From Rhynchobatus australiae (Eukaryota), in contig JAUZTB010000027.1 of the NCBI GenBank assembly GCA_034780895.1, forward strand, positions 20,353,848 through 20,417,847: 64,000 nucleotides of DNA, given 5' to 3'. Below are positions 1 to 13,510 of this stretch, piece by piece; position 1 is the first letter of the stretch, and each line of letters starts with the position of its first letter. The notes below the pieces were generated by a model, which was not told the DNA's origin, ran no database searches, and saw only the letters and a list, made by a program, of their open reading frames with translations. Made by a program: the position numbers and the translations under genes.

Positions 1-1124
1 TCTAGATAATATGCCAGTTTGAGTACCACATAGGGATTTTACCAATTTCAACCTGAAGTAGCTCAAATGTTTTATTTGCTTTTCCATTTTCTATTAAGTA
101 ACATGGTCACGGGTACATAAATGATATACAAGAGTGTATTGATGTCTAGATGGAGTAGGTTTAGTGCAACTGAATATCATTTTGTGCCTTAGTTTCACTT
201 GTTTAATCTCATACTTCATGGTCACATCAACCTGCCCCAAAGCAGCATTCATATATAACGTACATAATACTATTTCTCAATTGAAGTGGATAGGCTTAGA
301 AATTTATCAGGTAGCACAGTATTTTTAGGTGCTACATGATAAAATTTTATTGAAAACCTGATTGTTAAATGCCATGTGATCTTTACTGCACAAGTAACAC
401 TGATCAGCAAATTTGTTTTGGGTCCATGATACAGATATACATGGAGATCATCTGGCACGTACACTGATGTCTAATGGCATGCTATGCACATTTGATTCCA
501 CATATAAAATTCCTCCCTTTTAACTGGAAGGTTTCAAGCTACTTCAACTTTAACTATGTGGGGCTNNNNNNNNNNNNNNNNNNNNNNNNNNNNNNNNNNN
601 NNTCATCCTCTTCCAGGTAGGTCCTCCTCTAAGTGGTTTTCTTACAGTGCACACACCTCTACCCTGCCCATTCTTCCTGTCAATGTCCACCAGAACCCCC
701 ACTCCACTGTCCATCTGACAAGTCCACTCCCCTTGATTACCATTTGCCTGTCACCCTGACCCCAATCGTTGATGCTTCTTTCAACTAGATCTTTCCATGC
801 ACCCCCATTCTCCAATATCGTCTTTGCATGACATCTGATAACCAACTACCTCTTCGATCAGCCCAATGTCTGAGGAACTCCAGCACAATATCCTGTCCGA
901 GACACGCTGTCTCTCCCCAGATCAATTCTCCCATCTCTAATTGTCTCTTTACCCCCATGTGACACAATCTTCCAAAAGTGACTGCTTGCTTATGCAAAGT
1001 TAAAACTCATAGAATTGATGACAATTTATTGACCAAATTAGGAAGTTATCTGAGTGGACAGAGACAGAAAGTACAGATATTTTAAATTCATTTTTCAAGA
1101 TCTGAGCATCGCCAAGAAGACCAA

Positions 1125-1840
1125 CATTCATCACCCACCCCAAAGTGCCCTTGAGAAGGTAGTGGTGAGCCCCGTTCAAATTGCTGCAATCCTCCTTGAG
1201 AAGGTACTTCCACAGTGCTGTTGGGTAGCAATTTCTAGGACTTAGATCTAGTAATGATGAAGACATGGCAATATATTTCCAAGTCAGGATGTGCACAACC
1301 TGATGGGGGAAGTGCAGGTAGTGGTATTCCCATGTGCCTGAACCCCATGACCACCTTGATGCTGGAAGTTGCATGTTTAGGAGGTCTTGCTAGAGTAGTC
1401 TATGAGAGTTATTGAAGAGTTTTCTATTAGGTGGCTCACACTACAGCCATGATACACTTGTGCAGAGGATGAAAGTTTAGGGTGGTGGAAAGGATGCCAG
1501 TCAAGTTAGGGGTGGCACGATAGCGCAGCGGTTAGCGCAACGCTATTACAGCACCACCTAACGGGGTTCAATTCCCGTTGTTGTCTGTAAGGAGTTGGTA
1601 CGTTCTCCAGTGTCTGCGTGGGTTTCGTCCGGGTGCTCCTGTTTCCTCCCACATTCTAAAGATATACAGGTAGGTTAATTTGGAGTTTAAAATGGGTGGC
1701 ACGGATTCATTGGGCCGGAAGGGCCTGTCACCATGCTGTAAATAAAATTTAATTTAAATTTAAAATTACTTTGACCTGGATGGTTTTAGGCAACTTGAGA
1801 GTTGTTGGAATTGCACACATCTAGGCAAGTGGAGAGTACG
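1125..1840 (-). mobile_element. Old LINE 3' region (same family as 36765-39350), interrupted by a SINE
   Basis: Colinear similarity with 63500-63990 (atatttccaagtca, gtggtattcccatgtgcctgaa, gcaagtggagagta) and reverse similarity to 38945-39350. Confidence 0.7.
1508..1765 (+). mobile_element. tRNA-derived V-SINE (HE1-like)
   Basis: A/B-box-like head (tagcgcagcggttagcgc, ggttcaattccc), V-domain core gtctgcgtgggttt..ccgggtgctcc..tttcctcccacatt, CR1-like tail gggccggaagggcctg. Confidence 0.85.
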
Positions 1841-1849
1841 TAAATAGAG

Positions 1850-2510
1850 AAATCAGGAGCAGAGATAGGCTGTTTAGCCCATGACCCTGTTCCACCACAT
1901 AAGGCTGATCTGATTGTAACTTCAACACCCCATTTAAGCCTGCCCCGATATACTTTCACCCATTACCAATCAAGAATTATTCAAAGACTGCTTCTTCTGC
2001 CCTTTTGAGGACGAGGGTTTTGAAGACGCTCAGTCCTCTTAGAGAAAAATTTTGCCTCATCTCTCTCTTAAATAGCCAAACCCTCGTTTTAAATTAACCT
2101 CTTGTTCTTGAATCTTCCACGGAAGGAAAATTCTCTTCACATCAATGCTGTCAAATACCCACATATTATATGTTTCATTGTAGTCCCCTCTCTTTTCTAA
2201 GCTCCAATTTGTCTAACTTTTCCTCATAAGACTAGCTGCCTATTTAAGGCAACCTTCTCTGATCTGTTTCCAATGAATGTGCATCTTTTTCTAAATAAAG
2301 GGACCAGTGCTGTGCACAGTTTTCTGATGTAGTTTTGCCAGAACCTTGTATAACTGAAGCACAACTTCCCTACTTTTGTAATCAGTGCCCTTCACAAGAA
2401 GCAATAACATTTTGATAACTTTCCTAATTACTTGCATATATCTGCATACAGGCCTTTTGTGATTTTTGTGACCCAGATCCCTTTATATCTCAGAGCTTTG
2501 CATTCTCTCA
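1850..2510 (-). mobile_element. Decayed CR1-type LINE 3' fragment, continuing at 3051-3150 after the LTR
   Basis: Same 3' tail and RT-end motifs as 13040-13500 and 55985-56400. Confidence 0.7.
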
Positions 2511-3050
2511 TGTTACGGACTAGGTTACAATTAGTGAGGTTCCTGTAAGATAGTGAGTGTGGCGTGCTTACGTCAACAGAAGATAAAGAACGTCATGACG
2601 TTGTTGTTGAAACAATCAGTCAGAGTCAGTCTGAAGGAGAGAGAGACACACAAGAACAAGACAGAGAGGGAGACACCAGCCTGCCTATTTTCTCTATCGA
2701 TGGAGGAGAAACAATAACTGTGACTGTCACTGCAATCCACGTGTGGATTGCTGAGAGTAATCTGGTGGAGTTCACTTTGTCTGTAACCTGTGGAGGAAAA
2801 TAGGTAGTTGGTGTGGACGGCTAGGGCACGGATGCTCTAGGGTGTGGCAGACACGTCGAAATGAAGAAGTGGAGTTCACTTGGTTGTTGACCTGTAGAAG
2901 GNNNNNNNNNNNNNNNNNNNNNNNNNNNNNNNNNNNNNNNNNNNNNNNNNNNNNNNNNNNNNNNNNNNNNNNNNNNNNNNNNNNNNNNNNNNNNNNNNNN
3001 NAACACTTATACATGTCTCGGTGTGTTTCTTTTGTTGCCGGTTCTTAACA
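2511..3050 (+). mobile_element. Solo LTR of a Gypsy-type retrotransposon (centre in an N gap)
   Basis: TGTTA...TAACA inverted termini, 4-bp TSD CTCA (2507-2510 and 3051-3054); near-identical to the LTRs at 28155 and 28801. Confidence 0.9.
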
Positions 3051-3159
3051 CTCACCATTTATGTAATATGGTTTTAATGCATAATTTCACATATTCCAAC
3101 ATTATACTCCATTTTTCATTTCTTTTCATACTCATTTAACCTATCCATGTACTCATTTA

Positions 3160-4160
3160 TTTGCCCAGCGACCAAGTCCCATCTGCCCGCATTTGGCCCC
3201 ATAGCCCTCTGAACCTCTTCTATCCATCTAGATGGCTTTTAAATGTTGCTAATGTGCCCACCTCAACCACTATTTCTGGCAGCTCATTACAAATACGCAC
3301 CATCCTTTGTGTGAAGAAGCTTCCCCTGATGTTTGTTTTAAATCTCTTGCCTCTGATCTTAGACATACGCCCTCTTGCTTTTAGCACCTCCTCCCTGGGA
3401 GAAAGACTATGTGCTTTCACCCTATATATGCCCCTCATGATCTTATATACCTCTGTCAGGTCACTCCTCAATCTCCTATGTTCCAGGGAATAAAATCCTA
3501 GTCTATGCAACCTCTCCTTGTAACTCAGGCCCCCAAGTCCAGGCAATATTCTGATAAATTTTTTCTGCACTCTTTCTAGTTTAATAACATCTTTCCTATA
3601 ACAGGGTGACCAACAGTGTACACAATACTTCAAGTGCAGCCTCACCAACATCTTGTATAGCTGCAACATAACTTCCCAACTCCTATACTCAGTGCCCTGA
3701 TTGATGAAGGCCAGTGTGTTAAAAGCCTTCTTCACCACCCTATCTACCTGTGATGCTGCTTTCAGCAAATTATGCACTTACACTGCTATATCCCTCTGTT
3801 CCATAACATTCCCTTGGGCCCTACCATTCCCTGTATAAGTCCTACCCTGGTTTGATCTCCCAAAATGTAATAACTCACATTTATCTGGATTGAAAGCCAT
3901 TTGCCAATCCTCAGCCCACATATCTAGCTGATCAAGATCCCCCTGTAATTTTTCATAACTTCTCACCGTCTACAGCACCACCTATTTTATTATCATCTGC
4001 AAACTTACTAACTATACCTTGTACCTTCACATCCAAATCATTTATATAAATTACAAACAATAAAGATCCCAGCACCGAACCCTGTAGCACACCACTAAAT
4101 ATAGGCCTCCAGTCCAAGAAACAGGTCTCAACCATCACCCTCTGCTTCCTACCACTGAGC
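3160..4160 (-). mobile_element. 5'-truncated CR1/HER1 LINE, RT C-terminal region, frameshifted
   Basis: Translations SGVLQGSVLGSLLFVIYINDLD, KFADD, QMAFNPDKCE, LERVQKKF, FFTQRMV spread over three frames. Confidence 0.93.
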
Positions 4161-7100
4161 ACGTCCTGGGGTTCAGATGAATGACCTCCACAATCATAAG
4201 CATTTTCATTTGTGCAGGTGTTCTCCTGTGATGTTGTTCCCTTCAGTTTCACTCAGTTTTGCTTGACCTGCTGAGTGTTAAGTGTTGCCAGCATTTTCTG
4301 CTTTTACCCTTTGATATCTTACTTGGTCAGGTGCTGCTCTAATACCAGGTGCAGCCTCTCTTGTATCTTTGTACAATCTTGGTCCATGTTTGGAACAAGG
4401 GCATAATGAGGTCTGGATCCAGTGCTCTTGATGAAACACAGACTGAATATCATTGAGCACGTTACTGATGAGTTAGTGCCATTTGTCAATACTCTTCAAT
4501 ACTCTTAATGATGCCTTTCTTCATTTAGATGATGATTGAGAGTAGACTGTTAGGCCTGTAATTAACTAGACTGTATTTGTTCTACTTTTCATGGACAAAA
4601 ACCTGCAGTGTAGGGTATGTGTGTTGTTGGTATAGAAGTATGCAATATCATAATAGACCAAAGCACTTACAAGGTCAATCCCAAAGGTACTGGCTTCATC
4701 ACAGTGCTTGTATCTTAAATTCCCTGTACATTGAGAAGTATATGTTAGAAGGAGGATACATAGCATCAAAACAGTTAATTTTCAATGTTACACATTAGGA
4801 ATATCAGTATTTAGTACCTTTGGTCTGACCTTTTTATCTTTTAAAATTATGACAATTAAAATTATAATAGTGTATCCATTTCTGTTATTCTTATAGAGTG
4901 AAAATTATGTGATATTTCAAAATGATTTACATGAACTTTTGTCTTGTATTGAAGCAACCGGCATGACATTAATTTTTAATGATTTCTTTCTGCTTCATTT
5001 GGAAAGAGATTGTAGTAACCCATTTTACAGGTAATCAGGCATGCAGTCCTGTACAGAATGATAACCAGTACGCCAACAATTTCAAAAAAAAGGCAGCAAG
5101 GTTGAGGTTCATCACTAAAGGTGATGCAGTAATATATTCATTGCCAGCAAATTATTTGGACATTTGCTTTCTTTCCTCTAGCTTAGAAAACAGGTATGTT
5201 TAATCATCCAGGGATATTGGAATTCTGATTGACCAGCAGCCTTCTGGAAAAGTGTTTCTTAATTTTGATTGATGAAGTGGTTTATCTTAGGCGTTTTTTT
5301 TTCTACACTGCATCATGAAAATTATATTAGAATCTAAATGAGATTCAGAATTTCCTGTTTGACAAGGTTGGTTGATGAAAGGGTTCCATGTCAACGTCTG
5401 ACACACTAAAATTATATGCAAATGCTGTTTGAGCTCTATTCAAAATTAATCAAGGGGCAAAAAAGCAGACTATCATAGGAACATGTTCATACTTCTGGCT
5501 CATTTTAATTTGCCAAAGGGTGTTTTCAGATTAGTTAGCTTGAAAAATTGGGGTTTGACAAGTATGCAGGAGCTCAGGTTTAGTGGATTTAGTTGTCTAA
5601 TATTTCCTTAATTTTCTTTATCTTTGCAGATTTACAGGTATTTTTGTTCCTTTCTTTATTGTTGAATTCTAGCTCACAATGCCTATCAGTCTTCAAAATC
5701 AATGCTTCTTTTTAAAGTAAATACATTGTATCCAGCCATCCTGCTTTCATCTTTTGAAAATTCTCTGCAGTGCTTTGTGAAATATTAATGATAATATTCA
5801 ACATATTATAACATCAAACATATCAAGGATGAAGGGAAATGCATTATCAATATTAAGTATAGCCTAATTTTGGATATTTTCATTTTCTATATTCTCATAG
5901 CCATATGTAAATATTTTATGTGTTTTCACATGAAAGAAATGATTTCTCAAATAATTTACCATTTGACATATTTTGCCAGATATGTAGTTCATGTGGATTA
6001 ACAGTAGACATAGATAATGATTCAAGAGGAATGCATAAAGGGNNNNNNNNNNNNNNNNNNNNNNNNNNNNNNNNNNNNNNNNNNNNNNNNNNNNNNNNNN
6101 NNNNNNNNNNNNNNNNNNNNNNNNNNNNNNNNNNNNNNNNNNNNNNNNNNNNNNNNNNNNNNNNNNNNNNNNNNNNNNNNNNNNNNNNNNNNNNNNNNNN
6201 NNNNNNNNNNNNNNNNNNNNNNNNNNNNNNNNNNNNNNNNNNNNNNNNNNNNNNNNNNNNNNNNNNNNNNNNNNNNNNNNNNNNNNNNNNNNNNNNNNNN
6301 NNNNNNNNNNNNNNNNNNNNNNNNNNNNNNNNNNNNNNNNNNNNNNNNNNNNNNNNNNNNNNNNNNNNNNNNNNNNNNNNNNNNNNNNNNNNNNNNNNNN
6401 NNNNNNNNNNNNNNNNNNNNNNNNNNNNNNNNNNNNNNNNNNNNNNNNNNNNNNNNNNNNNNNNNNNNNNNNNNNNNNNNNNNNNNNNNNNNNNNNNNNN
6501 NNNNNNNNNNNNNNNNNNNNNNNTTGTAGCAGCAACAGTTTGCCTTTAATGTTGTACATTTAACAAAAATGTGTGTCCAAAGGAGAAGCAATATGAAAAC
6601 TGGGCAATAACCTTGAAGAATAAATTAATAAGGTTAATCAAAGGTTTGGCAAAAAAGATTGGGTTTTATGACCAGTTGTATGAGATAATCCAAAGATAAG
6701 CCAATCTTGAATTTTTCCCCAATGTTTGGAGGACTTTCTGACCAGTATTTAGTGTGTTAAGTGATGGATGTTAACCCATGTTCTTATATCCCTGTGACCC
6801 TGTAGGATGAAACACCAATCCACCTTATGTACTAGTAGCAATATTTGCAACTGTCTTAAATCTCATCTTGATATCAAAAAAATGTACTCATGAGTGACAC
6901 CTTGATAACTGTCTGATGTAGCCAAATTGTTTGATTTCTTTTGTTTCTCTTCCTCTGTTTGATTGATAAAAATTCTCTTTGTATACACCCCATCTTGATG
7001 ATCAAATAAAAATGAAAGCAAAGAAGTAATGTAAAGCCTAAACTAAACTAGCAAGCCTGAAAGGCACACAACTATTGAAGGAATTTCAAAGCTCTGTCAT

Positions 7101-8929
7101 ATGTACATTTTCATTTAATTGTTCAGTCAGAGTGCCATAAGTGAGCAGTTTACCACTTTTGGTGTCACTCATCTCAAATGACTGATGTAAAGTTCTTGGT
7201 GGTCACTCCAGATATTTCCAACTTGAGGACCCAGAAGTGACAAGTACTAATAGACTTTTCAGACTCCAGCACAACAAAGAACTAGTGTTCAGTTGTTGGT
7301 TAAGGAGTTATTAGCACATCTCTATCTTCTGAGCTGTTGTCAACAGCCTTGATGTTATACTTCCCACGGCTCTGGAAAAAAGAAATACTTCACTGTCTCA
7401 GCCATTTATGCCTCTTAGATGTTGAGTGCATTCCATAGTTCATCTCGTTACTGATACTATTTTGAGGATACCTTCAAGAAAACTTTCAGAGTACTGTTTA
7501 CAGTGCCAAGGGCACTGCCTTGACACTTTGTACAGCACAGAAGATTTACATTTATTGTAGAATCCTCTAATTCCTTTAAATATAATTATTCTGCCATGAC
7601 AGCTATTAATTCAATGCTGAAGGTGTTTTATCAAATATCTAATTATCAAAAGATAGGGAATACTGTACATGTTTTTTATTTCCATTTCAGTTTTGTTTAA
7701 GAAGAACTCACTTAGAATGTTGTCATCTTTTACTATAACCTAAACTACAAATCAGATATCAAAGACCACAGATTCCAAATCAAACATATTGAAACTGCCT
7801 TTTTTATTTATAATTTCATTAATTAATTGATGCTCTGTTGTAAATAATATATATGCATGCGTGTAATTCTAATTAGTAATATTCACCACTAGATTTTTTT
7901 TCTGATATTAGCTAAAAGGATTCTATATGTTGAAAAATAGCAAACTTTTTTTCAATATTCAGATGTTAATTATGAACTTTCACAATATCCTATAACAATA
8001 TACTAAATATAGCCTGTCACATGCAGGCAAATAGATTCTGAATACATTTTCATTCTTTATTATATTGTCTCTTCACAATTACTGCATTATACATTTTAAT
8101 CGAGTAAAATTTACAAGGTATTTCTCAGGAAATTTTAACTAAATCCTTTTATATTGTAATTTTTCATCTACTCTCAAAAAATAATTGACAAAATATTCAA
8201 TTGTCATGGTACATGCTTTATGTTACAACTGAATTGCAACAAAATGTTGATCACAAGCTCTATGCACTGTATACTGAAATGGGACTTTCTATTGCCTGGT
8301 TCTGTGCATTTAACACATGGGCACAAAGTATATGCCATGATAGGATGACATAGTTCCTTGTCCTTGTACAATGCACAGTTGATGCCTCCCCATGAATTGA
8401 TTCTCCTACCTTCATTTACCACACAATGTGGTCCACACACAAGATGTCAGGTTTAAACAGCAGTGCAAGGCCTTTGCGCTGTTCAAATGCATGACCAATC
8501 AATTGCAGGTTTATTGTGAGGTAAGTTGGTGCAGAGCTTGTTAAAGGCAGAAATTTTGTATTCTAACATTTTTGGATTGTTCTGAAGATTTTGAAGGTGA
8601 AGGCATCTTATTGTTTAGCCTCGGTCCCATGGGCCTCCAGCATAACCAGGAACAGAAGGGGACATGCTAAAGATTGGACCTCCATTTCAGAGGAGAGCGG
8701 GAAAGGCTCTTTAAGACAACCTTATCTTAAAAGTCCTGTGAGAGCTATACTGCTACCTCGATCTATCAGAGGAGCAAAGATCCAAAGGCCAAGAATTTCT
8801 TATCAGTGGTTAAAGAGATCTGTCACTGGCTGCTGTCTTGAATATATGCAGCAACTGAGCCTCCACAACCCTCTTGGGTAGAGACTTCATTATCTCTGGG
8901 TGAAGAAATTTCTCCCTATCTGAGTACTG

Positions 8930-9100
8930 ACTACTCTCCATCCTATTACCGTCCTCTTTTCCCTTCATCTCTGCTGCTTTTTTGCTATGTTTGATTTCCT
9001 TGTTCTGATGAAAGGCTGGCAACCTGAAATGTTAACTCTGTTCTTCTCTCCACAGATGCCGCTTGACTTGCTGACCATTTCCAGTGATTTCTGTTTGATG
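8930..9100 (+). mobile_element. Penelope-derived short repeat carrying a hammerhead-like motif
   Basis: ctgatgaaagg..cctgaaatgtt followed by tctctccacagatgc..tgacttgctga..tttccag, which recurs more than ten times in the window. Confidence 0.7.
9005..9036 (+). ncRNA. Minimal hammerhead ribozyme-like motif
   Basis: CTGATGA, a, AGG/CCT stem II, GAAA, TGTT; stem I gtt/aac. Confidence 0.55.
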
Positions 9101-9469
9101 TTTTTTATCTAAATTGATGTTCATTGAGTGATTGATATTGGTCAGGGACATCAATATGTGGTCTGGGGGCATAGGAGATCAAGCAGGGATACAGACACCA
9201 CCAATCTTACCTAAGAAAAAGATGTGTGTGTACACCCACCCGCCCACCCATCTCTCCAAAGCCTGACAAATTTCAATTCTTGCTCATGCTCCTAGTTGGG
9301 ACATGAGAAAAAAAAAATTTGTTCCTCATATAGTTTCAGGGAATCTTTCAAGTTCACTTGTGATGATATAAAGTGCCTCAATTTAATATGCTGTATATGG
9401 CAGCCCCCTGACAGTACAGAGCCACTTCAGTACTGTTCAGAGATTCACCCTAAATTGAGGTACTTAAGG

Positions 9470-9755
9470 AATTTATTTATTAGTCACATGTACATCGAAA
9501 CACACAGTGAAATGTGTCTCCTTGCAATACTGAGAATGTGCTGAGGGCAGCATGCAAGTGTCACCGCTCTTCCAGCGCCAACATAGCATGCCCAGAACTC
9601 CTAACCTGTACGTCTTTGGAATGTGGGAGGAAACGAACCACCCATACAGAAAGAGGGAGAATGTACAAACCCCTTACAGACAGCAGCAGAAATTGAACCT
9701 GGGTTGCTGGCGCTGTAATAGCATTACACTAACTGCTACACTACCGTGCTACCCT
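9470..9755 (-). mobile_element. tRNA-derived V-SINE with Rex1/Babar-like tail
   Basis: Reverse complement of the head and V core seen at 1508; tail shared with 27078-27165. Confidence 0.8.
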
Positions 9756-9987
9756 TATATTCCCAACTTATCCACTGAGCCAAGGTTGCCAGAAGTTCTT
9801 GAAAGTTAGCCACAAAGAAAAAATATTTGCTGTTTTTATCTCAAGTACTCTTAGACCAAGAGCTGTCCAACACGGTTGCTCCACTGTTTGAAAAGTCTTC
9901 CTACATACAGTGGCTACATAGCTGATCAAGAAAAAAAGAGTATAATCTTTTAATTAAAATGCAATTTAATTCCAATTCCATCCTTAG

Positions 9988-10230
9988 AACCACAGTCAGG
10001 AGAAATCCATTAATCAGCTTCAGAAGGAACTGGAGGTTGTCAAGCATGCACACGAATGTGACATGGATCATTTTAATCATGAATCTGCTCGATTACGGAA
10101 AGAACTCAACTCATCTTCAAAGGAATTACAGGAGAAGATGACCAAACTGCAACAGTACAAGTCCACAGTTGACAGGCTGAATTCTGACTTACAACATGCA
10201 CATGAGCAACACCAAGAAGTGCTCCATGAA
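9988..10230 (+). CDS. PMFBP1: Internal exon A of coiled-coil gene, PMFBP1-like (NHSQEKSINQLQKELE...HEQHQEVLHE)
   Basis: Acceptor ttccatccttag, donor gtaaga at 10231; 243 nt, phase 0-0, open frame, heptad-rich; joins the next exon in frame. Confidence 0.85.
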
Positions 10231-12042
10231 GTAAGAATTGTTTTAGTGTATAATTACAGCACAAACCTGCCTTTCATGAAAGATTTGTTCTCTAGCTTTT
10301 TTAATTATATCATTTCTTTACAGCATGATGACATTCCACTAAATTCCCATAATTCATGATTGAAATCTTGTGGTGAATATGTGAGGCAGAAAAGATTGTA
10401 CTATTGGAATACAGTTTATTTCCTTGATAAGTTCCATGAACAGGCTGTGTGCTGAATGAGCAAGTACTATTTTGGTTATAAAATTACTTCTTTAAACATT
10501 ACAGCCAAATTATTCAGCAAAAATATCCTATCTGTTTACCATTTTTGGCATCATTTTCATTTTATGTTAAGGAAAAACTGAATTTCAAATCAGCTGAAGC
10601 CCCAGTTTATGGTCTGATGATGTCAGCAGCTGGCTGCACAGATTAACAATCATGCTGACTCAGAGGGGTTCAAGATGCCCACCATACATGGATACTGAAC
10701 TGAAGCTACTAATCATTAAATAATGCTCTGTGATAAGTAATGGTCAATATTCATCATCAAAGATCAAATGGTAAAATAGTATTTAAGTACCAGATAGCTG
10801 ATATTTAAATTGTTTCTCAAAGAAACCCTATTATTCTTATAACACCAAGAAAGTAACTCCAGACAATTTCTGCATTTCCTCAGTTGACAGTTGTTGCTAA
10901 CAGAAAATAAACTTTCAGGCAAATTTTAAATACAGTATAAACAAATTATTCATCTATTTTGTGTCATTTGATTATGATCATATCCCTACTCAGAGTGGTC
11001 ACTTTATGCGCTAACTTCCAAGTTATGCTGTCTTCTTGATAAAAACACTGGACATTGCAACTGTGGTGTCTAGCTGCAAGATTTTGGTAAAGCCTTGTAT
11101 CTTGTGCAAGTTCCTGAGATGGTCTTCCATCAAATTCAGCTAAATATATCCATGCTTGTTCTTTGGCACATCCATTGACACAAGCACAAAGAGAAAGCAT
11201 GCACTACATTTTTAAGTAACTTATCCAGGTACCAAATTACACCTGGAGTTTAACTAGCTAAAATCTTAAAACTTACCAGATCATATCACTGAAATGAAAG
11301 GAATAAATAGAAGGATGGTGGGAGAGGAAGGGTGAATTAATGTTGTGCAATGTGATTGGAGATGCAACATTCCCCCCTTNNNNNNNNNNNNNNNNNNNNN
11401 NNNNNNNNNNNNNNNNNNNNNNNNNNNNNNNNNNNNNNNNNNNNNNNNNNNNNNNNNNNNNNNNNNNNNNNNNNNNNNNGCAATGGTTTAGTGGTCTAAT
11501 CCAATGAGCCCACATGTCACAAGTGGACCCAAGCCACACAGTTAGAGATCATGATAGGACCATTGATCACAGCATCTTGCACTGAGGCAGATAATAGAGA
11601 TTATCTATTATCTCTATGCAATGATTGTAGCTGAAATATTGATGCAACATTATTCATGTAGGAATACCAGCTTGCTCCTTTGATTTGCTGCCTGTTGGAT
11701 AGTTAAAAGGCATGATTCTTAGAACCAATTTCTGTGGGAATGACATAACTGTGTGCTGATTATGATAGCATGTGCAAATAATACCAGAAAAATGTCATGT
11801 GCACAGGTGCTTTGCAACCACAAGTGGTTGGTCCAGTTTTCCAATGGGTGAAAGTTCCCATGGAAATAGGAGCAAAATGGCATTATGATAATATTGGGGA
11901 TAATACTTAATTGATGGTCATGCTTCTGAGGGCTAATCTCATAATTTCATAAATTCATTCCTAGTCTTAGCCATCATTGTAATTAGTCTATTTCTCTATC
12001 ACTTTTGAATAAATTGAAATCCACAAGTGGATCTTTTTTCAG

Positions 12043-12273
12043 ATATCCCAGTTCGAAGACATTGTGCACAAACAAGAACTGGAAATGGCTCAGCTTAGAC
12101 AACAGCAGTTTGACTCTGAAAATCAAATAGCTATAGTCAATCAGAACTGCAAATCACTTGAAGCCAACTTGGATCTTTATAAACAAAAGTACCAGTCTTC
12201 TGTTAACAAAGTAACAGAGCTGGAAAGTGCAAAGCAACAACTGGAGGCAGACTTACAAGATGCAAACAAACGG
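12043..12273 (+). CDS. PMFBP1: Internal exon B (ISQFEDIVHKQELE...SLEANLDLYKQKYQSSVNKVTELE...DANKR)
   Basis: Acceptor tcttttttcag, donor gtgagc at 12274; 231 nt, phase 0-0. The SLExxLxLYxxKYQSS motif matches mammalian PMFBP1 as I recall it. Confidence 0.88.
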
Positions 12274-13039
12274 GTGAGCTGTGGTCTTTTGTCTGTTTTG
12301 GAAAGGCTGCAGTACAGCAGATTTTTGCAATAGATATAGTTAGTAATTGTAATGTACTTTCACTCTCCCAATTTCAACCTTTAGGATAAAGCCACGATAT
12401 TTTTGTTGTAGATCCTGAAGGTATGTGCTTGGATTTTAGTCCTATTGTCTTCCTTGTGCTGTTTTTTGAGAATTTTCCTGGACAAACTTTAAAGTTATTG
12501 CAAAAGGATGGGTTGGTTAGAACCAAAGGTAGTTAAGGCCAGTAATATGTCTGCACGATATAAGCTGGATGTTATTTCAGACTTAGTAAACTTTTGTTGT
12601 GCATTTATCTGTAAAATAATAGGTAAACTTTTAAAATAACCAACTAAGTTATGGGTTAGAGAACTCACAGGTATGTGTAATCATCTTGCTTGTCTTTCTT
12701 TCAACAAATTTCCAAATGCTGGAGGAGATGGCATTTCAACATTGCTAATTCTTTTTAAATTACATACTGGCATTTTAATGTGAACGCAACAGAGCTTTTC
12801 TATATTTATTTATGAGGATGTTTTCGAGCTAATGGGAAATGGGGGTTAGTTGTGGAAGTGGAATAGNNNNNNNNNNNNNNNNNNNNNNNNNNNNNNNNNN
12901 NNNNNNNNNNNNNNNNNNNNNNNNNNNNNNNNNNNNNNNNNNNNNNNNNNNNNNNNNNNNNNNNNNCGTGGAAGTATTTAACAATGCAGCATTTTGAAAA
13001 CATCTGAATCTGCCATTACAGCATTGGTAGAAATGACCA

Positions 13040-13510
13040 CTGCACAAGAACACAAGGAAAAGGGAGGAGCAGACCATTCACCCCTCAAGCCTCCCTTGAT
13101 GTTCGGTACAATCATGCTTGATCTGCCTCAGGTCTCAATTCTTCTTGTGTTCCAGTTCCACCCAGTCCCAAATTCCCCAATCTTTCAAAAAGATGTCTTC
13201 CTCCTCTCTGAATACCTCCTGTGATCTCGCCTCCAAAACCTCATGGGGTAGGGAATCCCAGAGATTCTCAACACTGCACAAGAAGAAATTCCCATGCACG
13301 TCGGTGTTAAATGACCACCGTTAATCTTGTAACTTGTCCCCTCATTTGAGACTTTCCCACAAATGGAAGCATTTCAATATCTACCCTGTTACACCCCCTT
13401 CAAGTATTGTATGTTTCAATAAGATCACCTCTAATTCTTCTAAACTTCAAAGAATACAGATCCAACTTCTTTAACTGCTTAGAGGTTCAAAGTGCTGTAT
13501 AGTACTTCAG
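13040..13510 (-). mobile_element. Decayed CR1-type LINE 3' end
   Basis: gaccattcacccctcaagcct tail; gggtagggaatcccagagattc..aagaagaaatt is the reverse of the FFxQRVVxLW motif. Confidence 0.75.

Noticed and set aside
1515-1580. tRNA-like sequence
   Set aside because: It is the Pol III head of a SINE; no complete cloverleaf.
3220-4252. RT-like ORFs as a functional gene
   Set aside because: Frameshifted, 5'-truncated CR1 relic.
5610-5645. Pyrimidine tract, ag, ATTTACAG, gtattt as a micro-exon
   Set aside because: 8 nt is not frame-preserving and the donor is weak; no other support.
11589-11613. 10-bp perfect hairpin agataataga/tctattatct
   Set aside because: AT-rich and isolated; plausible by chance.
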